NCBI GenBank assembly: GCA_035504595.1
Contig: DATJRQ010000004.1
Coordinates: 33,613-97,612, forward strand
Source: Thermoplasmata archaeon
GTDB taxonomy: Archaea; Thermoplasmatota; Thermoplasmata; Lutacidiplasmatales; UBA184
DNA: 64,000 nucleotides
Direction of reading: 5' to 3'
Below, in pieces: positions 43,079 to 51,784 of the stretch (position 1 is the first letter of the stretch; the number at the start of each line of letters is the position of its first letter). Below the pieces are notes generated by a model. That model worked only from the letters and a program-made list of their open reading frames with translations. It was not told where the DNA came from and did not search any database. Both the position numbers and the translations under genes were made by a program.

Positions 43079-44407
43079 GTGGACGCGCCAGTGCCGGAGC
43101 CGACGAATTCGTACGGTCGGCTGTTCCGCAACCGGAACTTTCTCCGAGTGTTCTCGGCCGGGCTCGGGTCGGTCGCCGGTTCTTCGATCGCCGGCGTCTG
43201 TCTCGTCTGGATCGTCGCGATCGACACGGGCTCGGCGCTCGACGTAGCGTTCCTCGCCGCCGCGAATCTGGTCGCGGCGATCGTCTTCAGTACGCTCGGA
43301 GGTACTTTCGTCGATCGGTACGACCGGCGCCGGTTGATGATCCTCTCCGATGTCGTCCGAGCGGCCACGCTCGGGATCGTGGTGGTCGACCTCGCGCGCT
43401 TCGGACTGAACCTCCCCCTGCTGCTCGGTGCGAACGCGATCATCGGCGCGTTCACGGTCGTGTTCAACCCCGCGGAGCAGGCGATCGTGCCGTCGCTCGT
43501 GCCGCCGGCGGACGTGGCCGATGCGAACGGCCTGGTCCGGTCCAGCCGGTCGAGCCTCCAGTTCGTCGGGGTCGCGGTCGGCGGGATCCTGATCGTGACG
43601 GTGGGACCGGTGTGGGGGGTGGGCGTCAACGCGCTCACCTTCGCGCTCTCCGCCGCCCTGCTGACCGGGTTGCGAGTGCGCTCGCACCTTCCGGACTCGG
43701 GACCGAGCTCGGCGGCGCGGCCCGGCTACTGGTCCGATATGCGGCGCGGATTCGAGTGGCTGTGGCAGGCACAGGGATTTTTCCAGCTGACGATGTCGGC
43801 GATGTTCTTCAACTTCTCCTCGACCCTGATCGGTACGTTCCTCGTGTTCTACGCCACCCTGGTGCTCCACGGGTCCGCGGCCGTCTTCGCGGCGTTGCTG
43901 GCCGCCGAGGTTGCCGGCACGGCCATCGGGGCGCTCCTGGTCGGCCGCGTCGGAGCGGTCCGGTACGCGGGCAAGGCGTGGGTGGTTCCGTATGGGGTCG
44001 TTTCGGGGGCGGTGGCGCTCCTTCTGCCGCTCGTCGTGTACGCACCGGTGGACATCGCCGCGCTCTTCGTCCTCGGCGTCCTGGGAGGATTCGCCGGCAC
44101 CGCATGGCTCACCGCCGCGCAGCTCCTCGTGCCAACGGAGATGCAGGGCCGCTACTTTGGGATCGACTCGCTCGGCAGTGTCGCGATCCTCCCCGCGGCC
44201 CAGATCGGCGGCGCGCTCCTCATCGACGCCGTCGCGACGCGCGAGACGTATCTGATCGCGGCGGTCCTGTGGATGGTCGCGGGAGTCGCGTTCCTCTTCG
44301 CTCCCGCGATGTGGCGGCTGGGGGTGCCGCCCTCGGACCCTAGTTCCCGTACCGGCGCCGACGCAGCTGGAACGCCCGGATCGCTCGAAGGAACTCGACC
44401 CGGGTGA
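43079..44407 (+). CDS. MFS transporter
   Basis: 442 aa with ~12 TM helices. The N-terminus NRNFLRVFSAGLGS and the loop motif GGTFVDRYDRRRLM match the family. GTG start 23 nt after ATTGATATCA. Confidence 0.8.
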   Translation: MDAPVPEPTNSYGRLFRNRNFLRVFSAGLGSVAGSSIAGVCLVWIVAIDTGSALDVAFLAAANLVAAIVFSTLGGTFVDRYDRRRLMILSDVVRAATLGIVVVDLARFGLNLPLLLGANAIIGAFTVVFNPAEQAIVPSLVPPADVADANGLVRSSRSSLQFVGVAVGGILIVTVGPVWGVGVNALTFALSAALLTGLRVRSHLPDSGPSSAARPGYWSDMRRGFEWLWQAQGFFQLTMSAMFFNFSSTLIGTFLVFYATLVLHGSAAVFAALLAAEVAGTAIGALLVGRVGAVRYAGKAWVVPYGVVSGAVALLLPLVVYAPVDIAALFVLGVLGGFAGTAWLTAAQLLVPTEMQGRYFGIDSLGSVAILPAAQIGGALLIDAVATRETYLIAAVLWMVAGVAFLFAPAMWRLGVPPSDPSSRTGADAAGTPGSLEGTRPG

Positions 44408-45155
44408 GTCCCGGCCACATCACATCCGAAAAGTACAGCTCGCTGTACGCCGACTGCCAGAGCAGGAAGTTCGAGATCCGTTCCTCCCCGCTCGTCCGGA
44501 AGATGAGGTCGGGGTCGGGGAGGTCCCGAGTGTAGAGGTGGCGGGCAACCGCCTCCGAGTCGATCGAGTCCGGGTCGAGCCCGCGGTCCCGCACCTCGCG
44601 GGCGAGCGCACGGATCGCTTGTACGATCTCGTCGCGGCCCCCGTAGGCCAGCGCAACGTTGTACTGGTAGGCCGAGTAGCTCGCGGTCGCTGACTCGGCG
44701 ATCTGGATCGCCTCCTGGACCCGTTTCGGCAGCGCCGCCCGGTTCCCGATCACCCGGACCCGGATCTGGTGGCGGTGCACCCGCTCGTCCACCGCAATGT
44801 CGCGGAGCGCCTGGTCGAAGAGCCCCATCAGCCCCTCGAGCTCCTCCGGCGAGCGACTGAAGTTCTCGGTCGAGAGGGCGTACACGGTCAGGATGCGGAT
44901 CTTCAGGTCGAGGCACCAGTTCAGGAGCTCTTCCAGGGTGTCGCGTCCCGCGGCGTGCCCATCCTTCACGCCCATGCCGTGCTCGCCGGCGAACCGACGG
45001 TTGCCATCCATGATAATCGCGAGGTGGTTGGGCACCGGTTCCGCGCGCACGAGCTCCGCGAGCCGCTTCTCCGTAAGGTCCCGTAGGGCGTCGCCGACGA
45101 TGTGGGACAGGTAGGGGGACGGCGGCTCCTTGGTCCCCTTCTTCGCGTCGGCCAC
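44340..45155 (-). CDS. uppS: cis-prenyltransferase (undecaprenyl diphosphate synthase family)
   Basis: Motifs are HLAIIMDGNRRFA, ALSTENFSRS, YGGRDEI and FLLWQSAYSELYF. GTG start. Confidence 0.9.
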   Translation of the reverse strand: MADAKKGTKEPPSPYLSHIVGDALRDLTEKRLAELVRAEPVPNHLAIIMDGNRRFAGEHGMGVKDGHAAGRDTLEELLNWCLDLKIRILTVYALSTENFSRSPEELEGLMGLFDQALRDIAVDERVHRHQIRVRVIGNRAALPKRVQEAIQIAESATASYSAYQYNVALAYGGRDEIVQAIRALAREVRDRGLDPDSIDSEAVARHLYTRDLPDPDLIFRTSGEERISNFLLWQSAYSELYFSDVMWPGLTRVEFLRAIRAFQLRRRRYGN

Positions 45156-45232
45156 GATGGAGAGAGGGCGCGCTCGGGATAAGTCGTGGGGGGGTGGCCG
45201 CCGCGGGAAGCGGCCACACCGAGGTCGGGAGG

Positions 45233-45338
45233 CGCCCTGGTCGGGAGTTCCGGGCGAAGGGGTCGGGCCCCTCCGCGCCTTCGAACCCGAGTCGCAGGCT
45301 CGACAGACCTACATCCTAGACCGCTAGACTACCAGGGC
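45233..45338 (-). tRNA. tRNA-Asp (anticodon GUC) with a ~33-nt intron inside the T-loop
   Basis: Minus strand reads GCCCTGG TA GTCT AGCGGTCTA GGAT G TAGGT CTGTCGA GCCTG CGAC TCGGG [40 nt] CCCGA CCAGGGC G. It has a perfect 7-bp acceptor stem, a perfect 5-bp T stem and discriminator G. Total length is 106 nt. Confidence 0.75.
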
Positions 45339-45514
45339 AACCCCGCGGGGCTAACCGTTCTCTGCTATGAACCTTGCCGGACCGGTTCGCGCGCCGGCGC
45401 GCCCGCGCCGGCACGCGCGCGTTCGACCGGTGCAGCGCGAACCCCTCGTGCGAGTGGAAGCCGCGATTTATCTAGAACCGGAGCAGACCAGAGGTCCGCG
45501 AATCGGGTGCGAAC

Positions 45515-45667
45515 ATGACGGCGGCAATGAGTTGGTTCGTAACGGTGTTGGCGGCGCTCGCCCTCGTGCTGGTCCTGAACCAGATGGGGCTCGACGTGAT
45601 GGCGACGATCGGGTCGGCCCTCCATGGGGCGATCCACTTCCTCAGTCAACCGCTCGACGCGCTGTAG
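45515..45667 (+). CDS. candidate small membrane protein (50 aa)
   Basis: ATG-initiated MTAAMSWFVTVLAALALVLVLNQMGLDVMATIGSALHGAIHFLSQPLDAL*. About 90 percent of third positions are G/C. A TTTATCTA box lies at 45467-45474. It is below the ORF-track cutoff and overlaps the mtnA 3' end by 26 nt. Confidence 0.4.
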   Translation: MTAAMSWFVTVLAALALVLVLNQMGLDVMATIGSALHGAIHFLSQPLDAL

Positions 45668-46649
45668 GCCCGGAGGCGAGGAGCCGGGCGATCCCCTTCG
45701 GGGGGACGACGCCCAACGGCGTGACGAAGGCGGTGACGTACTTCGCGGGCGTCACATCGAACGCTGGGTTGCGGGCGTGGCTGCTCGCGGGCGCTGTTCG
45801 GCGTCCGGCGTACTCGAGGACCTCGGCCTCCGCGCGTTCCTCGACCGGAATGGTTCCCCCGCGCGCTTGGTGCGGGTCGAACGTGCTCCACGGGGCCGCG
45901 ACGTAGAACGGGACTCCGTTCTCGTGCGCGAGCACGGCCTTCTCGTACGTTCCGATCTTGTTCGCAAAGTCGCCGTTACGGGCGATCCGGTCCGCTCCGA
46001 CGATCACCGCGTCGACCTGACCGGTCCGGAAGAAGTGCCCCGCGGCATTATCAGCGATCACCGCGTGCGGGATGTGTTCCTTCGCGAGCTCCCACGCCGT
46101 CAGACGGGCTCCCTGGAGTAGCGGGCGAGTTTCGTCGACCCAGACGAACAGCTGTGTCCCGCGGTCGTGCGCGACGCGGATCGGCGCGAGCGCCGTGCCC
46201 CATTCCACGGTCGCGAGCGCGCCGGCGTTGCAGTGCGTAAGAACGCGGTGGGTTTTCCGGAACAGGGGGGCACCGGCCGTGCCGATCGCGTGGCACTCGC
46301 CGACGACCCGCTCCCGATAGGCGTTCGCGGCCGCGAGCGGGTCGGCCCCGGAAGCCCACGCGGCGCGGACCGCTTCGATCCCGACGAACAGGTCGTACGC
46401 CGTGGGTCGAGTGCTCCCGAGCTCCTTCGCGGCCGAAGCAGGGGTGTACGTGCCCTCGTTCGCGCCGAGGACCATCCCGTACGCGGCCGCGACCCCGATC
46501 GAGGGGGCACCCCGCACCGCCATCGTCCGGATCGCATCCGCGGTCGCGCGCAGGGTTCGCAGCCGCAGGGTGACGGTCCTGCCGGGGAGGGCGCGCTGGT
46601 CCAGGAGGTAGAGCGACGTGCCGCGAAACCAGAGCGCGCGCACCGGCAT
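45642..46649 (-). CDS. mtnA: S-methyl-5-thioribose-1-phosphate isomerase (eIF-2B alpha/beta/delta-like family)
   Basis: ATG at 46647-46649; the track TTG at 46691 would overlap pfk. Motifs are LYLLDQRALP, THCNAGALAT and GADRIARNGDFANKIGTY. Confidence 0.85.
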   Translation of the reverse strand: MPVRALWFRGTSLYLLDQRALPGRTVTLRLRTLRATADAIRTMAVRGAPSIGVAAAYGMVLGANEGTYTPASAAKELGSTRPTAYDLFVGIEAVRAAWASGADPLAAANAYRERVVGECHAIGTAGAPLFRKTHRVLTHCNAGALATVEWGTALAPIRVAHDRGTQLFVWVDETRPLLQGARLTAWELAKEHIPHAVIADNAAGHFFRTGQVDAVIVGADRIARNGDFANKIGTYEKAVLAHENGVPFYVAAPWSTFDPHQARGGTIPVEERAEAEVLEYAGRRTAPASSHARNPAFDVTPAKYVTAFVTPLGVVPPKGIARLLASGPTARRAVD

Positions 46650-46657
46650 CGAATACC

Positions 46658-47680
46658 TCAGGCGTCGAACGTGTGGAGGAGGTCGAGCCAATCGGGCGAC
46701 ACGACGCGGGTCGTGCCGATCGCCTCGTCGAGCGGGATCCCCTTCACGATCGGCCCCCGCAGGACGGCGACCTCGCCGTACTTACCCGCGATCGCGAGGT
46801 CGACCGCGCCCGCTCCGAGGCGCGTTGCGAGGATCCGGTCAAACAGGTCCGGGGCCCCACCGCGCTGGATGTGCCCGATCTGAGCGCTCCGGGTCTCGAT
46901 ACCGGTGGCCTCCTGGATACGACGGGCGAGCTCCGCTCCGACCCCGCGCTCCCGGAGGAGCTCGTGGCCGAACTCATCCTTCGCTCCCGTCGACCCTTTC
47001 GCGGCCCCGAGGTCCATCCCCTCGCTCGTGACCACGAGGGCGTACCCGCGCGCCGCGACGGCGTTCTGAACGAGTCGGAGGAGGACCGGCTCGGAGAACG
47101 GCTCTTCGGGGACCAGCGTCGCATCGGCGCCGCCGGCGAGGCCGGTGCCGAGCGCGACCCATCCGGCGTTCCGTCCCATCACCTCGAGCACGATCGCCCG
47201 GTGATGGCTCATCGCGGTGTCCCGCAGACGTTCGAGCGCGTCGACCGCGACCGCGGTCGCCGAGTGGAACCCGAATGTCCAATCCGTCCCCGCGACATCG
47301 TTGTCCATCGTCTTCGGTACGCCGACGACATGGCCGTTCCGCCGGTGCAGCTCCCGGGCGGCCGTGAGGGTATCGTCGCCCCCGATCGCGACGAGGGCAT
47401 CGATCTTGTGGGCCGCCAGGTTCGTGAGCACCTTCGCCGCATCGGACTCCTTCGCGAACGGGTTCGTGCGGGAGCTGCCGAGGACCGTTCCTCCGCGGTT
47501 CAGGATGTCGTGGACCGCCGGGACGTCCAGCGGCCGCGTCAGATTGTCCCGCAGGCCCTTCCAGCCGTCCAGGAATCCGAGCGTCGTGTGCCCCCGCTGC
47601 GCCGCCCGCATTACGACGGCGCGGATCGCCGCGTTGAGGCCGGGACAGTCCCCGCCGCCGGTGAGCACCCCGAATCTCAC
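46658..47680 (-). CDS. pfk: PfkA-family 6-phosphofructokinase with a PPi-dependent-type signature
   Basis: Motifs are GVLTGGGDCPGLNA, AIGGDDTL and GVPKTMDNDV. GTG start overlapping the upstream stop (GTGA). Confidence 0.9.
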   Translation of the reverse strand: MRFGVLTGGGDCPGLNAAIRAVVMRAAQRGHTTLGFLDGWKGLRDNLTRPLDVPAVHDILNRGGTVLGSSRTNPFAKESDAAKVLTNLAAHKIDALVAIGGDDTLTAARELHRRNGHVVGVPKTMDNDVAGTDWTFGFHSATAVAVDALERLRDTAMSHHRAIVLEVMGRNAGWVALGTGLAGGADATLVPEEPFSEPVLLRLVQNAVAARGYALVVTSEGMDLGAAKGSTGAKDEFGHELLRERGVGAELARRIQEATGIETRSAQIGHIQRGGAPDLFDRILATRLGAGAVDLAIAGKYGEVAVLRGPIVKGIPLDEAIGTTRVVSPDWLDLLHTFDA

Positions 47681-48783
47681 GCCGAGACCTCGAGATACTC
47701 CCGGGGAGCCGTGGTGAGGAACTCGTATCCGGACTTCGTGACGACCACGTCATCCTCGATGCGAACGCCACCGTGGCCCGGCAGGTAGATCCCAGGTTCG
47801 ACCGTGATCGCCATGCCGACCTCGAGGGGGTCCTCGACGTTCGGGCCGTAGCCCCAGCCGTCGTGGACGACGAGCCCGATCGAGTGGCCGACGCCGTGGG
47901 TGAGCCTCCCTTTCCAGGGAGACGCGTCGATCACGTTGGCCGCCGCCAGGTGCACCTCCTTCGCCGCGACGCCGGGCCGGATCGTCCCCAGGGCCGCGTT
48001 CTGCGCCTCGAGGACGGTCTCGTGGACCTTTTTCATTTCGTCATCGCGCCGGCCGAAGTGGAACGAGCGCGTGATGTCGCTCGCGTACCGTCGGTAGTAC
48101 GCACCGAAGTCGCAGACGATCGAGTCGCCCGCCTTCAACTTCGTCTCGGCCGGAGCGTAGTGGGGTTCCGCACTGTGGGGACCGAACGCGACGATCGTCG
48201 CGAACGAACGCCCGCTCGCACCGGCGCGACCCATGTGATAGTCGATCTCGGCGCCGAGCTCGAGCTCGGACATGCCGGCCTTGAGGAGTCCGGGGATCTC
48301 GCGCCCGACCTTGGAGCCGATCTCGGCGGCGCGGCGGAGCAGCTCGACCTCGTTCGGGTCCTTCGTGACGCGAGCCCGTCGGATCGCGTTCGAGGTGTCG
48401 ACCCACGTCGCATCCTTGATCTGGTCGTCGAGACGGAGGAACCATTCGTGGGTGAGCTCGCGGAAGTTGAGTCCCAGCTTCGACTTCGTGCCGAGGAGCT
48501 TGCGCACCTCGCCCGCGATCTCCTCGCGGCCCGCCACGTGGACCTTCACGTGCGGGTCTTTTTTCGCGGCAACCTGCGCGGTCTCCGCCTCGAGCGGGGA
48601 GCTCCAGACGTCGAGCTCGCCGTCCGGGTGGGCGACCGCGATCGAGCCTTCGAACAGCCCCGCGGGGACGTCGAAGACGTAGAAGAAGGTCTGGTCGAGA
48701 TGGGGGTCGATCGCGTTGGCCAGCACGATCGCGTCGGGCTTTGGGTCGAGCTGAGCGAAGATCTTCTGGATGCGCGGCTTCAT
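47677..48783 (-). CDS. M24-family metallopeptidase (Xaa-Pro dipeptidase/aminopeptidase P-like)
   Basis: The metal ligand pattern is DFGAYYRRYASDITR, HGVGHSIG, VEPGIY and RIEDDV. Confidence 0.9.
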   Translation of the reverse strand: MKPRIQKIFAQLDPKPDAIVLANAIDPHLDQTFFYVFDVPAGLFEGSIAVAHPDGELDVWSSPLEAETAQVAAKKDPHVKVHVAGREEIAGEVRKLLGTKSKLGLNFRELTHEWFLRLDDQIKDATWVDTSNAIRRARVTKDPNEVELLRRAAEIGSKVGREIPGLLKAGMSELELGAEIDYHMGRAGASGRSFATIVAFGPHSAEPHYAPAETKLKAGDSIVCDFGAYYRRYASDITRSFHFGRRDDEMKKVHETVLEAQNAALGTIRPGVAAKEVHLAAANVIDASPWKGRLTHGVGHSIGLVVHDGWGYGPNVEDPLEVGMAITVEPGIYLPGHGGVRIEDDVVVTKSGYEFLTTAPREYLEVSA

Positions 48784-50267
48784 GGCGCCGGCCGCACCGA
48801 GCCGGGGGTTTCAACCTTTGCGGGATGCGCTCGGAGGTCCTTCCACGAGAGGCGGGGCTCGCGAGCCGCGAGCACCTCATCGATCCGCCCGACCGCGAGG
48901 TTGCGCGGGGCGGCATGAAGGTTCTCCGGCGAGTCGGTGACCGCGCGCTCGAACGCCGCAATGTACCCGTCGAGCTCGCGCTTCGACTCGGTCTCCGGGA
49001 GCTCGATCATCAGCGCCTCCTCGACGAGCGACGGGAAGTAGACGGTCGGGGCGTGTACCCCTTCGTCCAGAAGTCGCTTCGCGAGGTCGAGCGTCCGCAC
49101 GCCCTTGGCCTTCAGAGGGACGCCGGAGAGGAGGAACTCGTGCTTCACGAGGGTCCGGAACGGCCGGGGCAGATACTTCCCCATCTTCAGGCCGAGATAG
49201 TTCGAGTTCAGCACCGCGCGACGGGAGACGTGGTTCAGCCCCTCCTCGCCGTGCGTGAGCGCGAAGACGAACGCGCGGAGGTCCAGGCCGAAGTTCCCGT
49301 ACGCCGTCTTGATCTTGCCGATCGATTTCGGCCGGTCGTAGTCGAACCGGAACTTCCGTCCGCTCTTCACGACCCGCGGAACGGGCAGGTAGGGGCCGAG
49401 CTTCTCCCCCGCGGCAAGGACGCCGGCCCCCGGTCCCCCCCCGCCGTGGGGGGTCGCGAACGTCTTGTGAAGATTGAGATGCGCGACGTCGAACCCCATT
49501 CGGCCCGGGTGGGTGACCCCGAGGATCGCGTTCAGGTTCGCCCCGTCGTAGTAGAGCGTCCCGCCGGCCCCGTGCACGATCTCGGCGATCTCGAGGATGT
49601 CGCTCTCGAAGAGCCCCGCGGTGTTCGGGTTCGTGAGCATGAAGCAGGCGGTCTTGTCGCTGACCGCGCCCCGGAGCGCAGCGAGGTCAACGCATCCCTC
49701 CTTCGACGGGATCTCGCGCGTGGAGAAGCCGGCCATCATCGCCGAGGCCGGGTTGGTCCCGTGGGCGGTGTCGGGCAGCAGCACCTCGGTTCGCTGGTCG
49801 AGCTCGCCGCGGTCCCGGAAGTAGGCGCGAACCATGAGGAGAGCGGCCCACTCCCCGTGCGCCCCGGCCCCGGGTTGCAGTGAGACCTCGGAGAGTCCCG
49901 TGACGCGCGCGAGGATCTTCTCCAGCCGCCAGATCACTTCGAGGGCCCCCTGCGCGGTCGCCTCGGGTTGGTACGGATGGAGGTCGGCCGCGCCCGGACG
50001 CCGGGCGAGGAGCTCGGAAACCTTCGGATTGTACTTCATCGTGCACGACCCAAGGGCGTACGGCACGGTGTCGATCCCGAAGTTCATCTGCGACAGCCGA
50101 GTGTAATGGCGGACCACCTCGAGTTCGCCGAGTTCGGGCCATCGAACCGCTTCTTTGCGACGCATCCGATCGGGGATGCCGGGGACCTCGGGCGGTGCCT
50201 CACCCGCGGGAGGTGGGGCGAGGTCCCAGACGTCGGGTTCGTCCCAGCGGGCTTGGCGGAACGTCAT
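48780..50267 (-). CDS. gcvPB: glycine dehydrogenase (decarboxylating) subunit 2
   Basis: Starts at the inner ATG (50265-50267) of track ORF 48780..50801. Motifs are LGSCTMKYNP and NLHKTFATPHGGGGPG (PLP lysine). Confidence 0.95.
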   Translation of the reverse strand: MTFRQARWDEPDVWDLAPPPAGEAPPEVPGIPDRMRRKEAVRWPELGELEVVRHYTRLSQMNFGIDTVPYALGSCTMKYNPKVSELLARRPGAADLHPYQPEATAQGALEVIWRLEKILARVTGLSEVSLQPGAGAHGEWAALLMVRAYFRDRGELDQRTEVLLPDTAHGTNPASAMMAGFSTREIPSKEGCVDLAALRGAVSDKTACFMLTNPNTAGLFESDILEIAEIVHGAGGTLYYDGANLNAILGVTHPGRMGFDVAHLNLHKTFATPHGGGGPGAGVLAAGEKLGPYLPVPRVVKSGRKFRFDYDRPKSIGKIKTAYGNFGLDLRAFVFALTHGEEGLNHVSRRAVLNSNYLGLKMGKYLPRPFRTLVKHEFLLSGVPLKAKGVRTLDLAKRLLDEGVHAPTVYFPSLVEEALMIELPETESKRELDGYIAAFERAVTDSPENLHAAPRNLAVGRIDEVLAAREPRLSWKDLRAHPAKVETPGSVRPAP

Positions 50268-51646
50268 GCCGACCTCCCCACAGCTTCGATCGCCGCGCGA
50301 GCGGCCCGGGCGTACTTTTCGATCTCCTTGGCCCCGATCGCATCGGACGGCGCGACGAGGAGCCGCTCCGGGGCCGGGGGCGACCCCGGACGCGGGTCGG
50401 CGAGGGCGTGGCCCCCGAGCACCTTGCGACGGCGGAGTCGGTCGAGGAACTCCGCGGCCGTGCCGCGCCCGAGCTCGACCGTGAACTCTCCGAGATAGGG
50501 CGCGTCGAACCGCGGCGCCTGCAGGCCGTCGATCCCGCCCAGCGCGCTCGCCAGCGTGCGGGCCTTCTCGGCGAGCGACCGCTGGAGATCCGCGAGACCG
50601 CGAGGTCCGACGGTGGTGGCGTAGACCACGAAGGCGAGAGCGATGAGCGACTGGTTGGTGCAAATGTTCGAGGTCGCCCGGGAGCGGCGGATGTGCTGCT
50701 CCCGGGTCTGCAACGTGAGGGCGTACGCGCGACGCCCGTCCAGGTCGTGTGACGCTCCGACGATCCGTCCGGGCGCGGCCCGAACGTTCTCCTCGCGGCA
50801 CGCGAACAGCCCGAGGAGGGGCCCGCCAAAGGACGGGGAGACGCCGAACCCCTGACCCTCGCCGACGACCACGTCCGCGCCGTACCGACCCGGAGCCTCG
50901 AGGACCGACAGCGAGAGGGGGTCCGCGCTAACGACGAGCGGGATCGTCCCGAGTATTCCCTTCAACTCGGCGACGCCCTCATCGATGTGCCCGAATCCGT
51001 TCGGCACGTCCGCCAGCATGCCGAAGACGTCGCCGCTCGCGACCGCTTTTCGCACCGCTTCCAGGTCGAGCCGCCCGGTGCGGTCGTCGTACGGGACCTC
51101 CTGGACCTCCAACTGGGGGCCGCTCGCGTAGTTGAGAAGGACGCTCTTCTCCTCCCACGGAAGGCTTGCGGGGATGAGGAAGCGACGTCCCTCGTGGATC
51201 CGACGGCAGAACAACACCGCCTCACCGGTCGCGGTCGCCCCGTCGTAAAGGGAGGCGTTCGCCACATCGAGCCCCGTAAGCTCGACCCAGAGGCTCTGGA
51301 ATTCGAAGAGGACCCGCAGCATCCCCTGGCTCGCCTCGGGCTGGTAGGGGGTGTACGATGTGTAGAACTCGCTGCGCGAGACGATCGCATCCACCGCCGC
51401 GGGCGAGTAGCGCGAACTGATCCGTCCCCCGAGAAAGTTGGCGAATCGGGACAACGGCTTGTTCCGCTCCAGGATCTGGTCGACGGCTCGGACGACCTCG
51501 CGTTCCTCGTGGCCGGGTCCGACCCCCAGGCGACCGATGCGCGCCTTCTTCGGAACGTCCGTGAACAGTTGTTCGACCGAGGAGATCCCCAGCGCCTCCA
51601 GCAGCGCGGCCTCTTCCCCGGGTTCGTTCGGAATCCAGCGAGGCAC
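50264..51646 (-). CDS. gcvPA: glycine dehydrogenase (decarboxylating) subunit 1
   Basis: No ATG lies near the conserved N-terminus. The in-frame GTG at 51644-51646 gives (M)PRWIPNEPGEEAALLEALGISSVEQLF, typical of GcvPA, and 460 aa. The upstream part of the track ORF is Arg-rich shadow. Confidence 0.9.
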   Translation of the reverse strand: MPRWIPNEPGEEAALLEALGISSVEQLFTDVPKKARIGRLGVGPGHEEREVVRAVDQILERNKPLSRFANFLGGRISSRYSPAAVDAIVSRSEFYTSYTPYQPEASQGMLRVLFEFQSLWVELTGLDVANASLYDGATATGEAVLFCRRIHEGRRFLIPASLPWEEKSVLLNYASGPQLEVQEVPYDDRTGRLDLEAVRKAVASGDVFGMLADVPNGFGHIDEGVAELKGILGTIPLVVSADPLSLSVLEAPGRYGADVVVGEGQGFGVSPSFGGPLLGLFACREENVRAAPGRIVGASHDLDGRRAYALTLQTREQHIRRSRATSNICTNQSLIALAFVVYATTVGPRGLADLQRSLAEKARTLASALGGIDGLQAPRFDAPYLGEFTVELGRGTAAEFLDRLRRRKVLGGHALADPRPGSPPAPERLLVAPSDAIGAKEIEKYARAARAAIEAVGRSA

Positions 51647-51784
51647 GAGTCGTCCCCGAAGGGCGAGCGAGCGGAGCCGCGGATAAATCCCTTCGGATGG
51701 TCGTCGGGACTCACTCGCCCCCCCCCGCGGGCAGGGCGGCAAGCCTAAGCGAGAGGGCCGTGTCGCGCGTCGCGGGAGGGTCGC

